A stretch of 63,432 nucleotides of DNA, counting the filler, from Octopus bimaculoides (Eukaryota), in assembly GCF_001194135.2 (NCBI RefSeq). It is 4 parts of 3 records of this genome, joined end to end, with 100 filler letters (N's around TTAATTAATTAA, not from the genome) between each part and the next. Parts side by side here need not be neighbours in the genome. Positions count along the whole stretch, not along the records: positions 48,591 to 56,215 come from NC_068981.1; positions 56,316 to 63,432 come from NC_068981.1; 2 more parts are not named here. One strand, given 5' to 3'. Shown in pieces: positions 52,971-63,432 of the stretch. The position numbers were made by a program, and so were the translations under genes. Within the stretch, counting starts at the first letter, position 1, and every line of letters begins with the position of its first letter. Below the pieces are notes generated by a model. That model was not told the DNA's origin, made no database searches, and worked only from the letters and a program-made list of their open reading frames with translations.

Positions 52971-55403
52971 CCCTAGAATAACATTGGATAATTAGTCTAA
53001 AATGGCAACTAGTTAACACCAAATCTATGCCTTGGGCTAAGTTTTGTGAGATTTATGACATTGCAAGCATTATGGATATGACCCCTCCCTCTGCTCACAT
53101 TTCAAATGTAAACATTGGCTTACAGATATGAAGGCCAGGCATGAACTAAATCAAGTTCACTAATCTGAGTGGGTCTTCAAAGGTCATGGACAATGCTCCT
53201 CCTTCCATAACTAATTTATTAAAAAATTTAATCTTACATGCATACATACATACCTGAATGCATACATACATGCATACATACATACATACATACATGCATG
53301 CATAAACACATGCCTACATACATACGTACACATATACAAACATACACACACAGACGTATGTATATTGAGTTGATGTGTAAGCATCATAAAATACACTCAC
53401 TGTATTTAAGAGTTCAATTAACACATTGCTTAACTCTCATACATTATTACAATGCAATAAACATTGATGGTATAAACTTGCATGTATACACTGAGAATCA
53501 GCTAAAAGAATATTTAAGAACATTTTTAGAATATATTCTATATATATATATATATGTTGTCAGCATTTTATACATCTGAAAAAGAAGCATGTTCTAGAAC
53601 ATTAGAGCAGTAATGTATTTTTAAGGGAGGTTGATTGTTATGGACGGCCAGAGTGACTATTGGTTTTGTACTCATAAAACACTTTGTCATGTAGGTGACT
53701 AGTCAGACTCAAATGGCCAAAGGCACATAACCACTTTACAACTGGAAGGAAGAAGACATCCTGCTCAGTTAGTTTGTAAACAAAAAATATACATCCTGAA
53801 TGGTCATACAAGTGGTGTTGCATGTAGGATGGAATTATCTCCCTTCTGGCCATGGTGATATTCGAAGATGTTATTAAGGTTCTTCTATTCAATGAATGGA
53901 GAATTCCAAGTTTGTAACAGTAAACATCTTATATGTGAGCATTGACTAAATACTTCTTTCCTGGAGTTTAAAAAGGTCCTTGGTTAAGCAAGTGTAACTC
54001 ATACTAAATCTGTCGAGTACTTCTTTCTTTTGTTTGACCACTTACCTGTATATATGTGGAGTGACCATTGGTTTCACACCTATAAAGCGCTTCAGATTAC
54101 TACTCTAATTTTTTGTAATTAATCTATGTATGTATGGATTATATATATACACACACCTTTATATTTATATACTGTTGCTTTTATTTTGAGCTATAATAAA
54201 ACCAATCTAACATTAAACTGAAGGCTTACTCAGTACTTTTTTAGACTATTTATTACACTTTTAAAAGAGAGGTGACAGTATAATACACACACACACACAC
54301 ACACGCACGCACACACATACACACATGTACTAACTGAATAAACCATCATTGCTGGGCAGTTTTTACAATAGAATATCTTATATAAATTCTTGTTTATACC
54401 ATGTCAGACCATGCCTTCCTCGACAGATAGGCCTCTTGATCAGGACAGATTTGTGCAATTTTCCTCAAAAAAATTTCTTTGAGGATTTTATCCTTTTTAA
54501 ATTATTTACATGCCTGTTCAACCATTTCATATGACTTTATTCATTAAAACTTATTAAAACTTCAGAAGTTCTTACAATTTTGGTTGTCGTAATAGTTTGC
54601 GCTTGTTTTTTTAATAAAAATCCCTCTTTGTAATAATTTTGCTTTCATTTTGTGATAGACAGCTATCATGTAGAAAATGCCAGCTTCCAAATCCTGTTTC
54701 CTGATTAGGTAAAATTGATTAAACTTTAAACCCCAATAACATTTTTCTGGAACAAATAAATGACAAAATCAGATTTAACATGGAAAATTATTTCCATACA
54801 CCAAATTTGAAAATTTTGACATAATTTTAAAATTTCACAATATGTATGCATCATAGCGTAGCTGAAAGTTCTTAGAAAATCTGAAACATAGCTATATTTC
54901 AAACATTGTTAACCCATATTTCACTTATAAAATGTGAACTCTTCACTTACAAGACCCAAACAATTGTTGGGAAGCCAAATATTTGGCAAATTCTTGTTTT
55001 GTCTATCATCAACAAAGAGAAGATACATAAAAAATGTATCTATTTTCTGATGAGAATTGTTTTTGTTGGAAGTATAGGAATGAAGAAGATCCAGCATCTA
55101 GAACCAAAACACACACATACATATTTCTCTTTGGCTTCTTTTGCAGATTCCTATGACTTTTTATTGCCATCCAATTCCATTATTAGAATCTGAATTGGGA
55201 GCTTGTGTCATTGTGAATTCTTCATTAGCTGATTACACAACCATAGACACCACCCCTATGGATGCATTGCAGTCACTCTCTTGACAGAGCTTGGTGATCT
55301 TGACCATTGATCTTCTAGGATTATTTCACTCAGCATCAATGTAAAAAGCACTGTTGGCTTAGTTGAACTCTTCTGCTACCTCTTCACAAAAAAAAAAAAA
55401 AAT

Positions 55404-55610
55404 CTACCATGCTGCAGTCCCATTACATTTCTGTATCCCTGGCAGAATGGCTGAATGGGTGCTTTGCCTTGCCAAAAGGGTAGCCTGTAGGTCGTCAATC
55501 CATGAGGTATTTTCAAAATAATCATGCACCCACACATACATGCAAAGAGTATTGAAATCTCCTGTTAGCAACTCAGAAGAACAACCTGATATCCAGAACA
55601 ACTTTTGTTA
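55404..55610 (-). mobile_element. LINE AP-endonuclease remnant
   Basis: 'LLTGDFNT...GIQKCNG', resembling LLGDFNA...G.GK.NSNG of RTE elements. Confidence 0.45.
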
Positions 55611-56315
55611 AATGACAGAAAGAATTTGTTAGTTGACCTTACAGATTTAAAGTGTAGAGTAATCCCACAATACCAAAATAACATTAGGACCTCACAAAAT
55701 CTCCCCAGACATGTCACTTTTAAAAGCTATTTTTGTAAAAAAAATATCTGAGAGGTGAGGTAAAGTTTGTTGTATCAATAGCGTTTGACCATGAAGGAAT
55801 GAAATGCAAAATTAACAAGGGCAGGATTTGAGGTTAGAACTGCAAGGCACTGAACTGGTTGGTTACTATGTAGTATCTCATCTGTACATGCTGCCAATTT
55901 ATACAGACCAATTGGTACCATCTGTACAAACTATGAAAGAATTCATATTAAATTTGAAATGCGTGCGGGTGACATGTAAAAGCACCCACTACACTCTCTG
56001 AGTGGTTGGCGTTAGGAAGGGCATCCAGCTGTAGAAACTCTGCCAAATTAGATTGGAGCCTGGTGTTGCCATCCGGTTTCACCAGTCCTCAGTCAAATCG
56101 TCCAACCCATGCTAGCATGGAAGGCGGACGTTAAACGATGATGATGATGATGATGACATATATACATGTGCGGGTGACACACGAAATGTTTGAGCGGGTA
56201 CGTTGCCAGTGCCCCNNNNNNNNNNNNNNNNNNNNNNNNNNNNNNNNNNNNNNNNNNNNTTAATTAATTAANNNNNNNNNNNNNNNNNNNNNNNNNNNNN
56301 NNNNNNNNNNNNNNN

Positions 56316-56357
<42 letters not shown>

Positions 56358-56751
56358 GTGTGTGCATGTGTGTATGTATGCATGTATGTATATGTGCATA
56401 AGTGTGTGTGTATTTTTACAAAAAGGTTCCTAAGACTTCACAGATATTGACGATTAACATGCCATGAATCAAGCATTTACTTAATTAATAATTACGAAGA
56501 AATTGTTTAATTACACAACAGTTTAAAAGCCTATTCGAGTCAGTACCTCGTAGTTTTTTTGTTTTTTTTCACCTCCAAATTGCAGTAGGATCGAACCCGG
56601 GACGATGGAATTGAAATTAGTGATGCTAAACACATGAAAAATTGATGAAACGCCCTTTAAAAACCCATCATGGGGTAGCATAGTCTGGCATGCTCCATTT
56701 ACTTAAAAATACAAATAAAAAAAATTAAGAGCAAAATATAAAATGATGAAA

Positions 56752-56823
56752 GGGCTCGTCCGGGATTCGAACCCGGGACCTCTCGCACCCAAAGCGAAAA
56801 TCATACCCCTAGACCAACGAGCC
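56752..56823 (-). tRNA. tRNA-Pro(TGG)
   Basis: GGCTCGTTGGTCTAGGGGTATGATTTTCGCTTTGGGTGCGAGAGGTCCCGGGTTCGAATCCCGGACGAGCCC, 72 nt, canonical cloverleaf with one U.G pair in the anticodon stem. T-runs downstream. Confidence 0.93.
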
Positions 56824-57461
56824 ACTTCTTGTTAACAGGTTTCAGATTAATATAGATATATAAAGAAAAAAAGTTTGTCAACGCTCATTTTTTTACAATA
56901 TTTTTATTTATCATTATTAATATTAATATTATCATTACAGAATTATGGATTGCAAATTAATATAATTTATAACAAGTCTTTTCTATGATTAAAAATATTT
57001 TTTAAAAAAAGGCTTCCATTGAGNNNNNNNNNNNNNNNNNNNNNNNNNNNNNNNNNNNNNNNNNNNNNNNNNNNNNNNNNNNNNNNNNNNNNNNNNNNNN
57101 NNNNNNNNNNNNNNNNNNNNNNNNNNNNNNNNNNNNNNNNNNNNNNNNNNNNNNNNNNNNNNNNNNNNNNNNNNNNNNNNNNNNNNNNNNNNNNNNNNNN
57201 NNNNNNNNNNNNNNNNNNNNNNNNNNNNNNNNNNNNNNNNNNNNNNNNNNNNNNNNNNNNNNNNNNNNNNNNNNNNNNNNNNNNNNNNNNNNNNNNNNNN
57301 NNNNNNNNNNNNNNNNNNNNNNNNNNNNNNNNNNNNNNNNNNNNNNNNNNNNNNNNNNNNNNNNNNNNNNNNNNNNNNNNNNNNNNNNNNNNNNNNNNNN
57401 NNNNNNNNNNNNNNNNNNNNNNNNNNNNNNNNNNNNNNNNNNNNNNNNNNNNNNNNNNNNN

Positions 57462-57508
<47 letters not shown>

Positions 57509-57920
57509 CTCACGGTATCTCACACTTCCTCTTTTCCTTTCAATGTCAATATGTGTATATATATAACTAAATACTTTGACACCTCCCACATACAACCGCG
57601 TCATACATATCTATATGAATATGTGAGTATGTATGTACGTATATATATGTGTGTGTGTGTGTATGTATGTCCCCGCGCGTGTCTGTGTCTTATGTGTGTG
57701 TCTGTGCATGTATCAATGCGTATATGGATATAAAATCTGCAGCCGAAATATTACAAAAATATAAATTATATACGCATGCATAAATTTAAAGCTTATAAAA
57801 TATATAAATGCATATTTTTAAGAAATAAATGTGAAGACAAAAATATTCAAATAATACAAATATAGACAACATTAAATTTGATGGTACATCATAAATATTT
57901 TGATTAGCATAAATGTAAGT

Positions 57921-57992
57921 GGCTCGTTGGTCTAGAGGTATGATTCTCGCTTAGGGTGCGAGAGGTCCCGGGTTCAATTCCCGGGCGAGCCC
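57921..57992 (+). tRNA. tRNA-Pro(AGG)
   Basis: GGCTCGTTGGTCTAGAGGTATGATTCTCGCTTAGGGTGCGAGAGGTCCCGGGTTCAATTCCCGGGCGAGCCC followed by an oligo-T terminator. Confidence 0.96.
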
Positions 57993-58182
57993 ACTCTTTT
58001 TTTTTTTGTGGATAATTTGCATACATTTGAATTACATTGAAGAAACATTGTTGTTTTCCCAGATTTCGCGTTCCCTAACTCTCACACTCTCTCGCTGTCT
58101 CCTCTTCATGTTCCAAACCCACGGGGTTTGCTAATCCCAGATCTTCATACCGAAGTCGGAAGCTTCATGACTTTTCTCGAGA

Positions 58183-59760
58183 TAGGGCAGCGAGCTGGCG
58201 GCAGAAACGTTAGCACGCCGGGCGAAACGCCTAGCAGTATTTCGTCTGTCTTTACGTTCTGAGTTCAAATACCGCCGAGGTCGACTTTGCCTTTCATCCT
58301 TTAGGGGTCAATAAATTAAGTACCAGTTACGTACTGGCGTCGATCTAATCGACTAGCCCACTTTTCCCCCAAATTTCGGGCCTTGTGCCTAGAGTAGAAA
58401 AGGATTTTCCTTGAGAAAAATACAATAGTGGTCGCCAGCTGCTTTTTAAAAACGTAACTCTGCTAGTCCCATGCTCACCTGACCACTATCACCTGACCAC
58501 TATCACCTGACCACTGTCACCAAAAGCCTGGCTGTGTGATAAGAAGTTTGCTTCACAACCTCGGGTTGACTAAAGCTTTATGAGTGGATCTGGTAGAGGG
58601 AAATTGAAAGAAGCCCGACGTTTATACATGTGTGCTGTGTGCGTATGTGTGTGTGTGCACGCGCACAAGTGCGTGTCTTTGTATGTCCCCCACCACCACC
58701 TTGACAACAAGTGTTGGTGTGCTTACGTCCCCATTACTGAGCTGTTCCAGGTTAAAACAAGTACCAAGTTTTAAACAAATAATGACTGAAATGCGGGATC
58801 GCATCCAGAGGAGGGTTACTCGCTAGTCAATCACCTATGGGTCTGCTACACGCTCTGGCCCACGTTCATGCCGTCTCTTCTTTCTGTCGTTTACCTCACA
58901 ACTATAATGGCTTCTGTTCATCGGCGCTGGTTGGTACCGTACTTCCGTCACTAACGCACTCCATCCACTACTCTCTCCACTTCTCGTTACCCTTGGTTTG
59001 TCCAACCGCTCCACTAGCCACACATTAACCGTTAAATCCAGTCCTTTCTCCACTGAACATCCTCCCTCTGGAATATTTTCCCAGTTCATATCTTTCCTAC
59101 AGGCGTTGATCTGAAATGGTTTCAACGAAATATTGGTTTCAAATTTGGCAAAAGGCCAGCAATTTTGGGGAGGGGTGAGTCGGTTACATCGACCGCTCCC
59201 CACCAGGGCTCAACTGGGACTTATTTTATCGACCCCGAAAGGATTAAAGGTAAAGTCGACCCCGGCAGAATTTAAACTCAGAATTTAAAGGTGCGCTAAA
59301 TGCTTAGCGGCTTTTCGTCCGATGGGCCAGTCCGATTCTTCCAGTTCGCCTCCTGAGTTTCAACGAAATATTAACATCAAGTTTTTTCTTTAATATATTT
59401 GACATATAAAGGCGGCGAACTGGCAGAGAGGTTAGCACGCCGGGTGAAATGCTTAGCGGTATTTCGTCTGTCTTTACGTTCTGAGTTCAAATTCTGCCAA
59501 GGATGACTTTACCTTTCATCCTTTCGGGGTCGATAAATTAAGTACCAGTTACGCACTAAGGTCGATCTAATCGACTTAATCCCTTTGTCTGTCCTTGTTT
59601 GTTCCCTCTATGTTTAGCCTCTTGTACGTAATAAAGAAATAAGAAACTTTAGCACGCCGGGCGAAATCTTAGCGGTATTTCGTCTGTCTTTACGTTCGCC
59701 GAGGTCGACTTTGCCCTTCATCTTTTCGGAGGTCGAGGAAAAATTTCGGGCCTTGTGCCT
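58183..59760. mobile_element. Dense cluster of at least five SINE copies or fragments between the two tRNA-Pro(AGG) genes
   Basis: 'ggcgagctggcagaaacgttagcacgccgggcgaaat...gaggtcgactttgcctttcatcctt' type at about 58183-58400 (+), 59150-59350 (-), 59408-59640 (+) and 59645-59760 (+), plus the bipartite SINE at 58527-58790. Confidence 0.85.
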
Positions 59761-59830
59761 AGAATAAACAAGAATATATTTAACATATATCAAAATTATG
59801 ATCCGAAAGAAAAAAAAAAAAAGCATGCGT

Positions 59831-59902
59831 GGGCTCGCCCGGGAATTGAACCCGGGACCTCTCGCACCCTAAGCGAGAATCATACCTCTAGACCAACGAG
59901 CC
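59831..59902 (-). tRNA. tRNA-Pro(AGG)
   Basis: Exact reverse complement of the 57921-57992 gene. Oligo-T terminator on the minus strand. Confidence 0.96.
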
Positions 59903-61384
59903 ACTTACAATCAATAAGCTTGAAATTATTCTGAAATACCATTAAATCTGACGTAGTCTATATTTGTATTATTTGGATATTTTTGTATAAACGCCCGAAC
60001 TGGATCCTCGACACCGGATGTCATTTGACATCGGGCTCAGAAATTACTTCTGACGCCCTAGAGAGTAGAAGGGCACATCAAATCCTATAGGCCCTTATTA
60101 GGGTTTATCTGCAAGGACCGATTATGTGCATAAACACGTATAATATATTATATTTCAAATAGTGTGGATGTAGCTTTTAAACACATGCACACAGGCACAT
60201 ATATGTATATGCATGGAGGATAAGAAGCAACCAGTGGTGGTCTACATGTTCAATGAGCTTCTGCACAGTTTCCGACCAGGACATTCCATTCAGATAATCT
60301 CATTAGGAATTAATATTCTTATCCTGCTATATAGGAAGTATTTCTTGAAATACGCACGCACGCACACATACACACACACACGCACACATACACACACACA
60401 CACACAAGTAGTGGTTTCATTAATTGTAAAACCTTAAATGTGACAACTTGTATATCTCTCTATCTACCTACCTACCTATCAATCTATCTTTCTATCTATC
60501 TATCTATCTATTTATAAGCGCAGGCGTGGTTCTGTGGTTAGAAACTTGATTCCCAACTATATGATTCCGCGTTCAGTCCCACTGCGTGGCACCTTGGGCA
60601 AGTGTCTTCTACTATAGCCCCGGGCAGACCAAAGCCTTGTGAGTGGATTTGGTAGACGGAAACTGAAAGAAGCCCGTCGTATGTATGTGTGAGTGTGTGT
60701 GTGCGAGCGTCGTTGTGTCTATGTTGATTCCCCCTCCTCCGCCAAGCATTTCGCCCGGCGTGCTAACGATTCTGCCAGCTCGTCGCATTATTTTTATGCA
60801 TATGTGAATATATTTGATATATATATTTATATATTCATTTATTCTTTTCTTTTATTCTTTTACTTGTTTCAATCATTTGACTGCGGCTATGATGGAGCAC
60901 CGCCTTTAGCCGAACAAATCGACACCAGGACTTATTTTTGTAAGCCACGTACTTATTCTACTGGATTCTTTTGCCGAAACGCTAATTTATGGGGGCGTAA
61001 ACACACCAACATCGGTTGTCAAGCGATGTTGGGGGGACAAACGCATATACAGATAGATAGATAGATAGATAGATAGACGACGGGCTTCTTTTCAGTTTCC
61101 GTCTATCAAATCCACTCACAAGGCTTTGGTCGGCCCGAAGACATGCAGTGGGACTGACCCCGGAACCATGTGGTTGGGAAACAAACTTCATACCACACAG
61201 CCACGCCTGCGCCTGTATATACATGTCTGTATGTGTGTATATGTATGCATATATATATTTATATATGCGTGCGTGTATACGCCCTAATATGCAACACATG
61301 TATAAGCATATATATATGTATATATGCACATGTGTTCAAATGTTCGTGTGTTTGTGTTTGTGTGTGTATGTGTGNNNNNNNNNN

Positions 61385-61427
<43 letters not shown>

Positions 61428-62074
61428 GTCCGCGCGCATACACACACACACGCACCCACGCGCATACTAACATAACTTTAACCTGGAACACATTATTTAA
61501 AAATTGAAATAAAGAAAACTAGAGCTGATAATGAAGATATGTCAAGTAGGTTGCAACAATGAATTAAGAGCTTGTTCTCTCTTATTCACACGGGCCTTGT
61601 CAGTGAGCAGACGATAAAAAGTCGTCTGCATTTTCACTGAGGACCGACGATAAGACATGTCAGTTTAGTCTTGCTACATGTCACCGTCTGCATTGGACGT
61701 TCTTCTGTAATGTACTTCTGATTTAGTTTATTCAAACGGTAAACCAATGTTCCCGAAATTTCTAAATATCGGACTCGGTTTCAATTCTATTTCGTAGGCC
61801 ATTTTACTCCATTCAAATCATTGAGGAAATATGAAAATCATACAATCACATTTCATATACTCTCTTTTACTCTTTTACTTGTTTCAGTCATTTGACTGTG
61901 CCCATGCTGGAGCGCCGCCTTTTTAGTCGAGCTAATCGACCCCAGGAATTATTCTTTGTAAGCCTAGTACTTATTCTATCGGTCTCTTTTGCTGAACCGC
62001 TAAGTTACGGGGACGTAAACACACCAGCATCGGTTGTCAAGCGATGTTGGGGGGACAAACACAGACACATACAT

Positions 62075-62157
<83 letters not shown>

Positions 62158-62372
62158 TACGATGGGCTTCTTTCAGTTTCCGTATACCAAATCCACTCAC
62201 AAGGCTTTGGTCGGCCCGAGGCTATAGTAGAAGATACTTGCCCAAGGTGCCACGCAGTGGGACTGAACCCAGAACCATGTGGATGGTAAGCATGCTAATT
62301 ACCACACAGCCACTCCCAATCAATCTATCTATCTCTCTAGATAGATAGATAGATAAATAGATAGATAGATAC

Positions 62373-62420
<48 letters not shown>

Positions 62421-62853
62421 GTAGATAGATAGATAGAATAAGATGCAAAAGTGAACTTAGGGAAAATTGAACTGGGAGCACGAATACATGAAACAAATCC
62501 AATGCTCTTACGATTCTGCCAAATCGCCACATTCCGTTATTTACTGGACATTTTTGGTAAAACGTATTTTGTTTTATTCTTAATTTTTTCTCAGCGAAAT
62601 TCAATTTCATGGTCATTCCTGTAATAATCCTTATATTTTATTTTTCTTCAATCTTTTACTTGTTTCACTCATTAAGACTGCGGCCATGCTAGGGTGCCAC
62701 CTTGAAGAATCATTTTAGTCCAATGAAAGTAACCCACTACTTATTTGTGTAAAGTTTGGTACTTATTCTATCGGTCTATTTTGGTGAAGCGCTATGTTAC
62801 TTGATGCAAACACACCAACACACCGACGACGATGATGGTGATGATGGTGATGG

Positions 62854-62898
<45 letters not shown>

Positions 62899-63077
62899 CG
62901 ACGATGATGATGACGACGATGTTGATGATGGTATACAATGGGTATTTTTCAGTTTCCGTCTACCAAATTCATTCACAAGGCTTTGATCGGCATAATGTCT
63001 GGCCCATTCGCAGTTTGAATGGTGAAGTTCCAGAGGAGTGAGATGTGACCTTTTTTAAGCACTGGAGGTGGTTTATG

Positions 63078-63432
63078 TTATTATTATTATTATTTTTCAG
63101 TAGATTTATTTTTATAACGTGCTTTCACTTCACTACCGAGCGCAGCTCTGTGCGCCTTGGGTATGTGCTGTGGTTTGCTGTGGTGCTCTTATGGTTACTG
63201 TATTGAAAGTGTTTTGCGTAGGATGTGTGCAGTGCCCAGTAGTGCAATTTTCTGTATGTTATATATATTTGTAAGTCCTGATGTTTTTGTTATGTATTTG
63301 TCTGAATATTTTTTTATTATACCTAAGGCACCTACTATAATAGGAATTGTTTCTGTTTTTAGATTCCACATTCGAGTTACCTCTATTTCCACGTCTTTGT
63401 ATTTTGAAAGTTTTTCCATTTCTTTTAGAGAA
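63078..63432 (-). mobile_element. 3' end of a Dong-type R4-clade retrotransposon with (TAA)n end (runs off the window)
   Basis: ORF 63195..63419 'EKLSKYKDVEIEVTRMWNLKTETIPIIVGALGII...QKIALLGTAHILRKTLSIQ*' with no stops. About 100-bp 3' UTR, then (TAA)n at 63078-63093. Confidence 0.9.

Noticed and set aside
56575-56640. B-box-like 'ggttcgatcc' (minus) near the tRNA cluster
   Set aside because: It does not fold into a cloverleaf; it is a decayed SINE head or tRNA remnant.

Overview
AT-rich, microsatellite-saturated eukaryotic DNA from a draft assembly with about 14 N-gaps. The SINE families look octopod (probably Octopus); this is recalled similarity, not a search. Supported host genes are few: two coding exons of a 12-Cys Ly6/uPAR (three-finger) GPI-type protein (+, 50359-50474 and 52704-52970, signal-peptide exon not located) and three tRNA-Pro genes (56.7-59.9 kb). 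The rest is decayed mobile DNA: six R4/Dong-clade REL retrotransposon pieces, a near-full-length RTE LINE, a Tx1/L1-type LINE, four or five Penelope-like pieces, a minimal hammerhead motif, a Gypsy pol with its 3' LTR, an internally deleted DD34D mariner with TIRs, a DD37D maT fragment, a FLYWCH-MULE transposase and many tRNA-derived SINEs. The most notable pattern is that different non-LTR lineages sit in different microsatellites: one R4 lineage in (CATA)n, a Dong-type in (TAA)n, and Tx1 in (TCTA)n. One SINE family carries an internal microsatellite whose motif differs from copy to copy. Most supplied ORFs are microsatellite or N-gap artefacts. Boundaries of degraded elements are approximate (tens of bp).
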